64,000 nt of DNA from Heteronotia binoei (GCF_032191835.1 NC_083237.1:23498001-23562000), one strand, 5' to 3'; shown: positions 1 to 14,271, counted from the stretch's first letter. Numbers and translations are program-made. Notes: generated by a model from the sequence alone, not told the origin.

Positions 1-799
1 GAATTCATTGTACCGCCTGTCCAGCTGAGCTCAGCAAGCTGGCACCTCCACCGCAGATTTTCTGCACCAGCCTTGTTTTTGGGGGAATCCTGCATTCCTC
101 AGTACTCCCTCCCCCCCTCCGGGAGAAAATTATATAAAATCTCTCCCTTCCAGCTTCTCATCAATTATTTATAACCTATCCCTCCTGCTGCACAAGGGGG
201 GGGGGCAGGAACACCCACCAATTAACCCTTTGGCAGCCATAGTGCACTTCCAGAGCAGTGTTTGCAGATCTGGAATGGAACCCCAGGGACCCTCCCAAAA
301 GTCCACTCATCAGGCGACAATTGCTTCTTCTCCTTTCAAGAGTTAAACGCAGTAACAATATAAAAAAAGAGAAAGAACCCCCCCTTGGGAAATCACAGGA
401 AACAAGCAAGCGTTTTGGGAAATCCACTTAAGAGCTGAGATTTGTGACCTGGTGCCAGATCCATTAGGCATTTTAAATAGGCATTACAGTCCCAATGAGC
501 AGATCTTGGTAGTGTGGGAGGTGGACAGTGCAAGAAAGTTCAGGAAATGCAACACTCTCCCTTTACACCCCAAATGACAGAAAAAACAGTCTGACAATAA
601 ACAAGACAAGAGTATGCAGATATCTTTCCTTCAATGTTTTTACTAAAATCTCTTGCTGTGGAGACACAGATCCAGAAAGAAGGGTGCACAGAAGAGGGAA
701 GGGAATAGGGGGTTGAAGAAGAGGGCAGGAAGAGAGGATAGATAGATGCGGCTTCATTACATTTTGTGTTAACAAAAACAAAAAGAAACACAAAAGAAG

Positions 800-805
800 T
801 TTATT
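800..805 (-). terminator. MAZ: MAZ polyadenylation signal AATAAA
   Basis: + strand TTTATT about 1 kb past the stop, followed on the minus strand by a U/GU-rich tract (ttcttttgtgtttctttttgtttttg). Confidence 0.75.
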
Positions 806-1801
806 TTAAATGTCAGGGGGGTTCGTTTATATATATCATACAAAAAAAGCGAGAGATTCTAACCCCAAACTGGGGGGCTGCATGCAACAAGGAAGGTAAT
901 TTGAGGGTGGGGTACCAACGCTTGGCGTGGAGGGCTGACACGCTTGGAACACGAATCACAAGATAAGCCAAGGGAATGGAGCATTAAAACAGACATCACA
1001 GAAGAATGTGCTGGGCAAGGAGGGAAGGCCAGAGCAGCTCCTCAGCAGGGGGAATGGAGGGCATAGCGCATGGAAGCCCTCCTCTGTCCCATCGCACCAC
1101 AACCCTATCACCCCAGATGTGAGCTACAGGGACCCAGCAAGCCTCTCAGTCCTGATTCCCACCCCATTTCTAACCCCTCTGTGGGCTCCCCAAGCTCTGT
1201 CGACTCCTCAACCAACACCCCATTAAACCAGCTCTCAGCTCCCCTCCAGCTGCAATGCTGCCCCACAACTGTGGCCCACAGCGGCCCCAGCCTTGACCCT
1301 CCACTTTCGATGCCTGAGCCAAGCCTGCCAAGTCTTCTTGTCCCACATTCTCATTCATTTCCATGTAGTTCATTCAGGGGCTTATGTGGGCACTGCTGGA
1401 ATGGGCAAGAGACTGATGGTGACAAAGACAGTAGCATTTAGGCCAAGGACAGGGGAGGGTGCATGGATTTTAGGGGCTTTTGTGGGGGTTAAAAGTGAAG
1501 GGTGCTGCTAGAGCAAGGGAGTCAGTAAAATCAGGCTGCTCTCTGAATGCGCACAAAGCCCTTCCATGACCCTCAGAACAAGGCGCCCTCTGAACAAGAG
1601 AGGCTGTCTCAGCTGGACAGGTGCTTTCCCAGCCCCATTATTCTATGTGCACAGGCAGGGGAGAGAACGAATGAAACCACCATTAAATTAGACACCCAAA
1701 TATGGCCAATGCGTATCCATCTGGGCATGGAGGCTCCAGCTGCCAGTGAGGGAGAGGGATGGGACTGGGAGGGTCGGCTCCTGCCTCCCCACTCCCACAA
1801 A

Positions 1802-1923
1802 TCACCAGGGCTGCGTGGGGAGGGCTTGGCTCACAACGGAGGCTCCCTCCATGGGCAACACCGTGACGGCAGCAGGAGGTGGGGCCGAGACGGCTGCCGC
1901 GAGGGGGCAGACCTCACCCGTAC
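1802..1923 (-). CDS. MAZ: MAZ last coding exon (MAZ-1 C-terminus, GTGEVCPLAAAVSAPPP...QALPTQPW*)
   Basis: Acceptor ttcttcccccacag, phase 1, TGA at 1802-1804; matches the recalled human C-terminus GTGEVCPM...LPSQPW. Confidence 0.93.
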
Positions 1924-3026
1924 CTGTGGGGGAAGAAAGATGCACATGGTCAAATGATTGGTCATTTTCAGGACCTGCTGTATTTCTTAAACTAGCTTCC
2001 TTCCTGTCACCCTCCTGTTTTAAACTGGAGTGCTAAGGTAGAAGACTCATGTAGTGAAGAACAGATGCAGCTGCCCCTTCCTTTACCTCAAGCAGAATTC
2101 TGGAGAGTAGGTAATACATTCCCTAAAGAAAAAGTACCCATTTTTCGATGACCTACAGAAGAGTACCTTTCCTGAAACGACAGACAACACTCAGCATCAT
2201 CTGAGGTCCATACAAGAATCAACTGGATTGGCCTGCACTAACTTGACATTTTTGAGGCCCTCTACTAAAGGCAAGACTTATGTACTGCAATGCATGCCTT
2301 AACATTATGACAGTGGGCAGTGATTGTTGTTATAGTTCGTGACAAGAGGGTAAGGGATCAGGTTAGTTCCCTCAGGGGACTCCATTTACTGTAGCTCTCC
2401 AGAACAGCAATGCAGAACATAGCCCAACAAATGGAATACATCCACAGCAGTGAACGGGACTGGAAAATCTGCCATCACACCCGATGGCCATCTCACGCTA
2501 ATGCATCCACTGGCTGGTATTCTGTGATCATCACTACATTCTCAATCAGCAGAGTAAGAACTGTTGTTTGGTTCGAGGGAAATTCTATAAAACCCGAAAA
2601 GAGCTAAAACAAATCTCAAGGTAATTCAGGGGCTCCAGTATTACTTGATGTTTCTTGCAATGGTTGAGACAAAAGACTTCTCTGTTACACACTGAAAAAT
2701 AACAGGATCCTGTCAAATTCAAATTAGAGAAAGCTCAAAATCTCAGGATGTCAAATTCAGCACCAGATTTTAGGTTCCAACCTTACAGAAAGAACCTGCA
2801 AAAGATTTCCTTTGCATATACTTGCAAGCTGGCAGACAACTGCAATATACAAGCACTCAAACACTGGCAGAGGGATGTTAGTTTAGGATGCAGCCGCCCC
2901 AGGGGAACTGGGGTTCACCCTTCTCCCATCTAGAATTCAAGGACACCCTATGGGATAGATGGGCCTCCCCTCCCCATTCCCCAGGACAGAAGGAAGCGGC
3001 TCTTGCCTGGTGGCCCGGCCAGCGTT

Positions 3027-3214
3027 TCACCGCAGCGGTTGGCCCTCAGTGGCCGCGGCCCCTTCTCCTGCGTGCGTCTGCAGATGCCCGTTGAGCTGAG
3101 CCGGGGTCTTGCAGTGCACGCCACACAGCTTGCAAAGGAAACGCTCCAGCCGCGGGGCGGCCAGTCCGTGGTCCTTGACCGCGTGGACCCTGAGGTAGGC
3201 CGCTGTGGTGAACC
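3027..3214 (-). CDS. MAZ: MAZ alternative exon adding zinc fingers 7-8 (GFTTAAYLRVHAVKDHGLAAPRLERFLCKLCGVHCKTPAQLNGHLQTHAGEGAAATEGQPLR*)
   Basis: Acceptor ttctccccctcccgtag, phase 1; C2H2 pattern; matches the recalled MAZ-2/SAF-2 exon; not shown in the ORF track. Confidence 0.92.
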
Positions 3215-4763
3215 CTACGGGAGGGGGAGAAGGACAAAAACCAGCCAGGTCAGTGTCCGGCCTACTGAAAGCGCACCCCAGTGACCTATAACGTTTGGCT
3301 GTGCCTCACCCTAGAGGCGGCTGCGTCTCAGCACCTAGTGTGGTTCCAGTGCAACAGGTGCTCCTAAGGGTAACTTCATCCCAAAGGTGGCTGTGTCTTG
3401 CCACCAGGCAATCTATCACTGTATGAACAGCTAGCCCCACCCTAGGGACAGCTGCATCTGGGCACCATGAAAATCTGTGGTAGGAACTTAAGTCTCTTTA
3501 ACACAAAATATCAGCATTTCAGTCCTAGATGAGAAATATCTAGAAGAAAAGATCTCACCTGTTTTCCCACCCCCACACTCATGCTAAATCTACTAACAAC
3601 TTCTCAGCTACATGTAATTCACTACAAGCTACTTTAAAACCATAATGGGATTTCAGGAAGTGATTAGTAGCAAATTGCTTCCTTTTGATTCATAGAATCC
3701 AGATAGCTATTTGGGTTAATAGTGTAATTTTTAATATAAGTAAATGGATTATCTAGATAAATAATCCAAAAAATTACTACAGATGACAAGCATGGCTACA
3801 ATGAAGATTCATGAGGACCTGTAACTTCTGACTTTTCCCAGCTAATCTGCACATTGTCCAGCCAGTTTTGATTAATGATCTCGTGTATATTAAATCTTGT
3901 GTCAAAAGAGGCAACAAACACGTCAGATAAATAAAGCTGAAAGAGGTGCAGTTAACACTTCACAAACTATTTTTATCTTTCACTTACAGAACATTTAAGC
4001 CATTTAAGCTTCTGACAAGATGGAATTAACAAGATGCTTGGACAAGTAACAGTGGAGGGGGCATTATGAGCTAGTGAAACAGCCAGCCAATTTGTTTTAT
4101 TGTTGTCTAAAGAGAAAATAGGCAGACTAAACAACAGCTATATAGAAAAGAGCATAATGATGTTATCAAGAAGTTTCTTCTGGCCTATTAAATGGAGGCC
4201 TTCACTTGCAATCTTTTCTTAATACTCACAGAAAGCAAGTTCAGTTATAAAAGAATGTTAGATTTCTTTTAGACACAGCTTATTTCTTTTAAAGCAAGAC
4301 TGCACAACTCATGACCTACCAGATGAATGCAGTCCTCAGGCTATACACTGTGACCCGCTACAAAGCAGGAACATTTCCCCCCTCTGTAGTTTTGGAGCCC
4401 CAAGAAGGCAGCAAAAACAAGAAGTTTAAGGAGGCTCTGGTGGGTCACCATTCATGGCTGCTAGGTTGTGTTGAAGTGCATGGGTCACAAGTTGTATAAA
4501 TCTCTTGCTAAACTTAAGAAAAATAATGGGAAAATTAGGCTTGACTGTTCCAAGCTAAGAGTGAGATATCTGGGAAGAAAAAGCAAGCAGGCTATTTACC
4601 AGAATGGATTAGCAAGCCTGACTTTTGTTCTCAGCTGGAACAATAAAGGAAGAAACTTTTATGTTTTACTACCTGAAGATACCATTTTGGCTGCTAGTGC
4701 TCTTCAAATGCAGATAACGTATTTTTTTCAGATTCCCTTCCCTACACTGGCCTGCCCCCTTAC

Positions 4764-4935
4764 CTTTGTTGCACAGTTCACAGACATGATTCGGCCCTTG
4801 GCTGTGTACTTTCATGTGGTCCGTGATGTAGGCAGAGCTCAGCATCTTTCCACACACATGACACGGCACCTTCTCCTCGTGACGGACCGTGTGAGCACGC
4901 AGCCGATCCTTGGTGGCAAAGGCCGCTTCACATCT
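4764..4935 (-). CDS. MAZ: MAZ exon 4 (RCEAAFATKDRLRAH...HVCELCNK)
   Basis: caacag acceptor, G|gtaagg donor, 172 nt, C2H2 fingers. Confidence 0.95.
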
Positions 4936-5223
4936 CTGTTGAAATGGGTAAAAGAACAGTAATGATCCTTGGGGAAAGAATGGCATCTCTGGTGGCCAGC
5001 TTTTTCAAGGCAACTAGAAGCTATGAGACCAGCCCATGGCCAAGATTCCCTTTCAATACACCATACCTCAACTCTGCTCCCACTTCCAATTAAAAGTTGC
5101 CACCATCTCCATCCCTCCTCTTTATCATGGAAATGAGTTCTTGGGTAATCACTATACAGAATAAAGACAATGATGGGAGTGTGGGGGTGTCTATACAACA
5201 GTACTGTCAATGGGAGAAGATAC

Positions 5224-5287
5224 CTCACATTTGAAGGGCCTCTCTGTTGAGTGGACTTGCCGTACGTGACTATTCAAATGGTCCGGC
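5224..5287 (-). CDS. MAZ: MAZ exon 3 (PDHLNSHVRQVHSTERPFKCE)
   Basis: ccatag acceptor, GAG|gtatct donor, 64 nt, phases 2 to 0. Confidence 0.95.
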
Positions 5288-8200
5288 CTATGGAAGGGCA
5301 AGAAAAACGTAAATCAGTCATTTGATCTTGGCTTTTTATTTTCCAATACAAAACCCTACCTCTACTTGCCCATCTTTCAAGAACCTTTCCCTCAGTCTCA
5401 CACTAACCTAGTGGAATATTAATATTACACCATTCTTATGGAAATAAACTAATTAAACATTCGGCTACAAACAAATCTGAAAGTCTGTGCTCAGTAAACA
5501 ATATATGAAATCCTTTGCTGCAACCTTTACCGCATCTTAGAACTAGCACTGCCACTTTCAATCACTTATATGCACATTTACCATTTTACTGGCAGAGTGC
5601 CAGAGTGCCTTTAACAGCTGCAGGCACTGAAAATATGCAGCCTTCCCCCCCACCCCCTCTACACTGGCGATGGCAGCACTTCTTGAGTGTATCATTCAGA
5701 CACAATAAAAACCAGCCATTAAACAGTTACAACCCCAAAGTTCCTTATTCTTGCTCTTACTTATTTCAGAACACGCATAGGACAGTTAGAAGTACATTGA
5801 TACAAATTTAGGTGGGGTAGATTAGGCACTTATGGAAACTCTTTAAGTGCTTGCAAGCTGGCTATGGGGGCATTTGGGCACTCAAGGTTGATTAATTAGT
5901 CATAGCTGAGATGCAGGTGAGTACTACAAAATAATTTAAGGTAATAAAAAAGTCCAAGGAAAATGTAAAGTAACTCCCAAAAGATCAACTATCAGCATGC
6001 CAGCTAAAGCTAGAAAAGGAGGCCTAAAAGCTAGAATGTTCATGAGGGTTAAAAAATGTAGTGTTAAAAACTGAGCAGCTCAACTTGATTTTGAAATATT
6101 CACACCCTGCCTTTTCCCATTAATTCAAAGTAGCTTTTTATAAGTAGTTTGCCTACAGCCACTTTCTGAAGAGTTATACCCAGCTTTTTTGTGGGTGAAA
6201 AAAAAGGAGAGGCCCCTTCAATGCTAAAGATGGGCTATGCTCGGAATCAGGGGATCTGCATGTTCAAAAGCCGTGCAGGGAGGGGCTGTAGAAAGGAGGG
6301 GAATCTGGCAATATTGAGTGAAAAAACTGGTTGGTTTCCAGCCATTTGTCCTATTGATTGGAATTTATAAAATTCCTTGCCTTCACGATAAGAAGTTTCT
6401 GCCAAGTTTTTAACAAGAGCGCAGAAAAGATCATCAGATGCTGTCTTCTGTATCCATTTCTTTCTTTCTCATAGCTCATATTTATGCTGTGACACCACCA
6501 GTATTCCCGCCTTTACAATTTAAAATTTTGTAACAAACCTTCAAATTGAATTTTGAAGTGTCTTACTTAAAAAATGAACTTTTTAGTTCTTTCACTGTTG
6601 AAAGTTGAAGGCCTGAAAACAAAATCTGTTCATTTCCTCTCATTTGTGTGAAGAGCTGCTGCTGGTCTGGGTACACTGCTGCATTTTCTAAGGGCTCATA
6701 GAAAAACCTAAAAATCATGGGGCAACTGACTAATCAATTTCCTTGGTTTTCACATCCACATATTCAAGTACTTCCTAAAGCATGAGAGTGATGTCAGTAT
6801 CCTGGCTATTCCATATAACGCATGTTCATGCAGAATCTGGGCCTAACACAGATAGCCAAACTACGTTAGGTTTTTTTAAAACAATCTTTTACAAAAGGTG
6901 AATTTACAGAAAACTGTTAACATGAAAACAGCTTCTGCTAAAGGCTCAGAAACCCAAAGGGAAAAATCGTGCTATCAACAGGCCTTTTTGGTCAGGTTGC
7001 AATTATTTTAGTGCCCTGTACAGCTCACTCCTGTGACTTCCGCATTCCCTCTGCCCCATTCTGAAATCATGATTTCCCTGGCCTCTCCTCCTTGCAGTTG
7101 GCAGTGTGCTCCATGTTCCTGCTTACAAATTCCATGCTCTTGAAAAACCTAACTCCTGTAAGTAGAACTATAGGAAATTATTCAAACTATTATGGAGTCA
7201 GAACAAATTTTGAGTCTAGTTGCACCAACACGGCTGCCCACCTGGATCTATTATACACTGAGTTATTGTTTGCGTTCAGTTTGCTCCTTTATGGGTTCAC
7301 CTGATGTCTGAGACGAAGTTGCAGAATTTCTTATCCAGTGTTTTTAAACAATTTTAAAATCATTTTTACTGTGGAAAAACTGTTGGAAATATGGGAACAG
7401 GCCATCTGACAAATAAGGAACTTGGGGAATAGGAAGACAAGATGCCTGCTATCAATGAAGGGCAAAATACAAATATAATAAACAATCCTGATCTCTATTG
7501 TTTGGTTATTCCAGTATTTGCCAAAACATTGCAAATCATTTGGACTTGTTATGCAAAATAATATGCAAATGTTTACCAACTTCAAAATAAATACAAGATT
7601 TTGGTAATCCTGGTGAAGAGTACACATTCCTGGTCTTCTGAAGTTGTTTCCAGGCAAACAGCAGCTTTGAACATTTACTGAATTCACAGTTTTATCAGCC
7701 TCTTATAGCTGTCTTCTCTTGTGATCTATTTTCTAAGTTATAGGGTTTCAACTGTTTAGTCCCTGTGTGGTAAATGTTAAAAAAGATTTTTTTGTGGTTC
7801 TCATTTTTATTCAGTTTTGACCTTATATTTAGTATCTTAAGACTGCAAAATATTTTCAAAATAATTAAAACTCCAATCTCAGTACACAGACAAATATTTC
7901 TAGGCTGGATGCCAGCACAGTGTCATGCCATCACTAAAAAAGCCTATGAAGGTTTAGTTTTCAGTGTAGGTTTTTCCCTCCACAAACTGACCTCATTTTT
8001 ATTGCTTGTTCCAAGTACAGGAAATCACATTGTCTGATCTTTCTTAGACTGTGGGGAATTGCATGTTAAAAGAAAAAAAATCCCAGTCTTGTTTTAGGTA
8101 ACTTTACCCTATCAAGAAGACTTCTAGCTTTATTGCTGGCATGGTAGTTTTACTTATGCAGGGAGTAATATTCAACCATGCACTTCATGCCTGAAGTGAC

Positions 8201-8990
8201 ATAATTCATGAAAGACTTACCCTGTACTATTCCTGGTGCTGAGTTACTAACACCTGGATATGTCATAAAACTATAAGCATATCTGTGTAATCTCGGCCCT
8301 TTCCCACTGAGTTTTTGCTACCCTTGTAAACTGCATCTCTGAGACTTCACATTTTTCTTTCTCAGGTCTGCTAAGATGCTCTTATCCCAGCAGGAAACCT
8401 TCACTAGCAAATGCATTTTATGACAGCCGAGAAAAACTACCATTTTTTCCCTACTGTGTTTCAATAGAATTATTGTGTGATAGGGAAGCTCTCTGGTGAG
8501 GTTTATACAGTGCCAAATTAAAATCAGTCAGTGACCACACCCAAAAAGAGATTTGCTTTCACACGTCTGTATCCCATTCTCACATATTCATTTATTCAGC
8601 TGGAACATGTGCAGAACTCAGGAAGCTCCTGCTAACAATGGAAGCAGAAGCTAGATTTCCGATGCTGCCCTTACTGGGAGGCGTCAAATATCTGCCAGTA
8701 TTCCTTACAAACTCCCTAAGGAATCAAATTTGGGGCAAACAAAGCAACCAAGAGTAACGGAGGAGCTAAGGGGCAGCAGGCCTTATCTGGTATAGAGATT
8801 TCCCTATGCTTGGTTAATGGGAAAATCTAGTCTTTCCTTTTTTGTCCCAATAGCTCAACCTGTTCAGTATGTGGTAAGCAAATGTTTTATCTGAAGTATA
8901 TTTCACAAAAAGACAACCTCCAACTTGGATAAGCCCTGAAATAACCCCCATTTGAACTATTTCCTTCCAGCACCCTTAACTCTCTCATAC

Positions 8991-9781
8991 CGTGAGAAAC
9001 TCTTCCCACAGTGGCTGCAGATGTACGGCTTGTGCACAGCACCATCATGTGAACGGACGTGATAGCTCATGCGGTCCTTCCGCTTGAACCGCTGCTGGCA
9101 GACAGGACACTGATAGGGCTTCTCATCTGAGTGTGACAGCTTATGCCGATTGAGGTGATAGACGTCCCGGAAGGCTTTCCCACACATCTCGCAAGCGTGG
9201 TTCTTCCGGATGCGTTTGCCTGATGCTGTAGTGGTCACCAGCCCTGCGCCTGACCCTGTTGTGTTCCCTGCCCCTTCAGCAGGGACAGGTGTTGCTGGGG
9301 TTGTCCCACCGATGGCTGACACACTAAGCAAGCTGAGGGGAACCATAGTGGGCATCTTCATGGTCGTAGGTCCAGCACGGGAAGCTTTGGCTCCCGTGTG
9401 AATAGCTTCATGGCGCCGCAGGTTGTAGCCATTTTTGAACTCTTTAGCACACAGGGAGCAGATGTAGGGGCCTTTGCTCTTCGGCTTCTTCTGAGCCTCA
9501 CCTTGCTGTGGTGTGGCAGGAGCTGCCTGGGGAGTTGGGGCTTGGGTGGTTTGAGTGGTTGGTGCTACCTGGCCCCCACCACCTTCAGAGGCTGAAGGCT
9601 GCTGCTGTTTCAGGGCAGCTGTGTCTACTGTGGAGGCGGTCGGTGCAGAAGCTGTGGCAGCAGCAACTACAGCTGCAGCTGCAGCTGTTTCCTGGGCAGC
9701 AGCCAAGACAGGCAGGAGGTCCACTTGGAGGGACTCAGCAGAGGTGGCTGACTGTTGGGGAGGGGCTGCTGTGGTGGCAGT
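8991..9781 (-). CDS. MAZ: MAZ exon 2 (Ala/Pro/Gln-rich region, LQVDLLPVLAAAQE, fingers 1-3 and start of finger 4)
   Basis: ORF 8957..9838; ctattcag acceptor, CG|gtatga donor; KSKGPYIC and GKRIRKNHACEMC motifs. Confidence 0.95.
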
Positions 9782-10017
9782 CTGAATAGAAAGAAAAGAG
9801 ACTGTGTAATTAAGACAGTGATGAATATCCAATTCCAAACTGCTGTAGTGTACGCATAAATCAAGAAAGAGAACTGGGCTCAGCTAGCTGATTTCCATTT
9901 CAAATGAGGATATTAATTTATAAAAACAAACTAAAATCAACCTAGAAATACACCAAAGGAAGGTTGGATTAATTACTATATATGTAACATATACCATACC
10001 AGAGCTGCTCTCTAGAT

Positions 10018-10508
10018 CAGGGATGTTAAACATGCGGCCTGGGGGCTGAATCAAGTTCCTGGAGGGCTCCTATCAGGCCCCCAAGCAACTGGTTCTTGTC
10101 TGCTTCCTTCTCCGTCTCTCTTGCTTCCTTCTGCATCATTGCTTGCTTTGCAAGACTCGCTCAATTGCACAGGAGCTACAGAGCAAAACCTCTATTTTCT
10201 CCATTGACTGAGGCTCCTTCCCCTTCTGGTCCCTTGGGGAAGGAGGGAAAGAGCCAGAGCTTCCTTTGCCCAGTTCCCCGGATCCCATGGGAGAAATACA
10301 AAGAAAGCACCTTTAAGACTAATGAGCGCTAATGTTTTAAGCATGTTTTAATTTGTTTTTTAAAATCTTTGTGTTTGTCGGTGTCCATTATAAAGTTTAT
10401 ATCTCTGCTACCTAATCTTGAATAGGTACACACATGGCCTGGCCCGACACAGCCCGGCCTCATTTATGTCAGATTTGGCCCTCATAACAAATGAGTTTGA
10501 CACTCCTG
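10018..10508. mobile_element. Non-autonomous hAT (Charlie-like) MITE
   Basis: CAGG...CCTG imperfect terminal inverted repeats; perfect 8-bp TSD CTCTAGAT (10010-10017 and 10509-10516); related copy at 44365-44773. Confidence 0.85.
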
Positions 10509-13039
10509 CTCTAGATTCTTAGTGTAATAGTATCTGATTGTGCTCCATGTGTGGCATCTTCTCATTTTGGTCTTAGAACACAGCTTCACTATAGCTATGT
10601 CTCTGGTGGATTTTTACTATCATAGAAGGCAGGATCAAAGGGCACATTCCAGGTCCATGATATTTACTGGCAACCTAACTGTGTGGAATAAGCAAAACGA
10701 GCAGGAATACGCAGAGTAAGAATTCTTTTTGTCTTAGACTGTGCAAACAAAAGAGAGAATGAAATGGCTCATCTCCCAGTCCAACATCTGAAGCAGGGGA
10801 TACAGCAAAGCACACCAGGAGGCCATCTTAGAATCTCCGTATAAAGAATATAATAGTCCTGCTATACCAGACTAGTGGTCCATCTAGTCCAGCATCTTAT
10901 CTCACACAGTGGCTTACCAGTTATTCTGGAGGACCAACAATAGAGCGCCTTGAGGCCTTCTCTTGATGTTACCTCCTGGCACTGGTATTCAGTGGTTTAT
11001 ATATCTTGCAGAAAAGTGGGATATAAATGTAATGACTAAGTGATTACAGAGATTAGAAGCCCAATGCCTGAATGGCCCTAAATACTACCTTACTCCTTCC
11101 TTCCAGAGCACTTGTCCATTTAACTGTTGAGTACTTGCTTTGTTCAGAGCTGTGTTGATCACAGGCATTACGCCTGGACAGTGTAAATAAAGGGGAAGGA
11201 TCACTCCATTCTTATTGTTTGGTTGAACTCTGAGTCCAACAGAGAACAGACTATCCCACAGTGCTCTTTATGACAGTTCTGTCTCCAAGGAACCCCCCTA
11301 GCCTGAGATTTTAGTTGTGTGCATTCACTTTTATAAATATAATGGATAAGCATGCAGATTTAGAAGGCAAAACTGCTGGCATACCTGTGCACTGTGAGGA
11401 TGAGTACGCATGCATGAATACCAGTGTACCTATGTTTGTGCTGGACCAGAGATAAGAACATGACTACATGGCTTAGATGGATATTGTTACATCAAAACAT
11501 GCTAGAGGCGGAGTTCAACAGAACTACCAATTAGAAGGGCTTACCAATTAGAAGGACTTACCAACTCCAGTAAACTTCCGGTCACCTCTTAAGAGGTTCA
11601 AGGAGTTGAGAATCTACATGGATGCCCTTCATGCTGCAAAAGGTAGATCTGGATATCCCTCACTGAATACAGAAACATCTGAGATGGCCCAAGATCTCTC
11701 AGGGAGATTCACAGTTAAATGGAATTTATTTTTTTAAAAAATTCATTTATTCCTCGCCTCTCCTCCAAAACAGCTTACATTGTTCTCTCCCCTTTTTATC
11801 CTCACAACAACCTAGTGAGGTAGGTTCGGCTGAGCATAGGTGACCATCTTAAGGTCATGGCAGAGTGAGGATTCCAAATCCTAGGCCAATTCTCTAACCA
11901 CAGCACTACTCTGAATTTAACCCCGGGGCACCTCAAACCTAGTCTAGCATTCTACCCACCATACCACACCAGTTCCTATAGAACTTAACACAGTACCAGT
12001 AATTTCTACAGCATAAAAAACTTTTTCATGCTTCCCTAGCCACAATTTTTATAACTTGCAGAAACTGTTGTTTGAATAAACAAATTTTGTTCAGTCATCC
12101 CTCTGCCTACATCAATTTCTTTTGTTTCCTCTTAGCATGACATTAACCACAACAATCCAGTACTCTGCTCCAGGCCTGTTTTAAAATATATATATTTTAA
12201 GATTAGAACAGATCTGCGAAATAAATTTACTAAATTCATTGTCTCTCTTGGATCTTTTGTAGTATATTTACAACTGTGCATAGAAAGACCATCTCCCCAG
12301 CATACAGTATTTCTCACACTACAGAAAATCAGCTGGGTGGTTATTTAGAGATCTGGAATACACTTCAGCATCTGGAGAAACTTTCCACCAGATTAAAATT
12401 AGTCATGTACACCCATAACTCTGGTTAAAGTAATCAATTAAGTATGCAACATCTTTTTTCAGAAGCAAAAAATTCAGGGAGCATCAGCAATAGTTTTCTG
12501 ATATTAAAAAACATGAAAACAAAGGCAAGACAGACACCAGTTTGCTGTTATTCTCTGGCCAAAATATTTTCTTGATATTGACAACAGAAATAAATCAGAG
12601 CTGGAGACCAGGTATTTACACCTGTTAATCTATGAAATCTATGCAAATATTCATTTGAAAAGTTCACACACATGCAACAAAGTTTCTCAAGAAGTCAAGG
12701 CTGTTTTACTTTGACCAGCCTTTTATATTTATTTAAAACACAAAGGAAATGTTAACCTTTTTGGAATGCATCTTCATAACTCAATGTATAAACTAGAGCC
12801 AATCAGTTTTTTGTTAAAAGGGTTATCCTCATTAGCTGCCCTGCAGATGTAAGATGAAGGGTGTATCTAGAATCCAGCCACATAGCTATCTAGGAGATAG
12901 TCGAGAATGCTAAATTGCCTCCACTCCCCCCCTCCATATAGACATACAGCAAGGAAGCAGTATGCTAAGGAGATAAAACTTCAGTAACTCTTATAAACAT
13001 AGAGACAGAAGGAAGGAGTTAGGGGAGATATGGCTTTCC

Positions 13040-13790
13040 TTATTTATTTATCAGATTTATATCCTGCCCTCCCCTGAAAGGCTCAGGGCGGCTAACAACA
13101 GTTTAAAAACATTAGCAAACATATTAAAATTAGATCTATAAAAACATTTCAATATATATTAAAAATCTGAGATGTCAAGCTTCTGTTTTCCATTATATTA
13201 ATTCAGTGAGATTGTCGATGCTGAAGGTAATAGCCACCTCCACCTAACCATTAAAGGCAAGTTTGAAAAGTTCAGTCTTACAGGCCCTGCGGAACTGTGG
13301 CAGGTCCCGCAGGGCCCTGATGTTTTCCGGGAGGGCATTCTACAAAGTGGGGGCTATTACCGAGAACACTCTGGCTCTAGTGCTGGTCAATCGAGCTTCT
13401 TTCGGTCCAGGGATCTTAAGGAGATTTTGAGACCATGAATGTAGTGCTCTCTGGGGTACGTATGGGGAAAGGCGGTTCCGAAGGTAGACAGGTCCCAGGC
13501 CATATAGGGCTTTAAAGGTTATAACCAGCACCATGAAGCGAATCTGGAACGCCACAGGCAACCAATGTAACGCTTTCAGCATAGGTTGAATGTGTTCCCG
13601 TACAGGTAGCTCCATTAACAACCTGGCTGCTGTGTTTTGCACCCGTTGCAGCCTCCAAAGTTGAGTCAAGGGCAGCCCCATGTAGAGGGCATTACATTAG
13701 TCTATTCTCGAGGTGACCGTTGCATGAATCACTGTTGTCAAGTCGTCGCACTCCAGGTATGGAGCCAACAGCCTTATCTGCCTTGTAAAT
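13040..13790 (-). mobile_element. L2-type LINE 3' fragment
   Basis: ORF 13340..13681 LQRVQNTAARLL...LKALHWLPV...FKALYGLGPVYL, typical L2 ORF2 C-terminus; (tatt)n tail. Confidence 0.8.
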
Positions 13791-14271
13791 GAACCGCTAA
13801 TTTCTCAGTTTATGACCATTTGGGAAACCTGAATCCAAGTCCCCAGTCAGTTGCTTGTAACCTTGGACAAGTCACACATGCAGCCAAATCTTAGGCATGT
13901 CTACTCATAAGTTAAGTTTCACTGTGTTCAATGGGACTTACTCCATGTAAGCTCACAGAGAATAAAATCTTCATTTCCCTACACAAACACAGCAAAATGG
14001 AAGTGAGCAATTTCTCAGACGAGTATTAGGAAAGAGAAGATTGTAAAGCACTATATAAACTAATTGTTTATGCAGCATTTCACATATATATATGACCCAT
14101 ACTGCTCTGAAAAGTTGTCTCAATTATGTCTCACTGTGCTTTTTAAAATGAGCCACAAGCACTTTATGATATATTCTGTGTGCCACGTATGAACAGTTAG
14201 AATATGCAGAAGTGTTTCCAAGTGTTGAAGTCATAATTGTGCCCACAGCTAGCTTGTCAAAGTCCAAGCTT

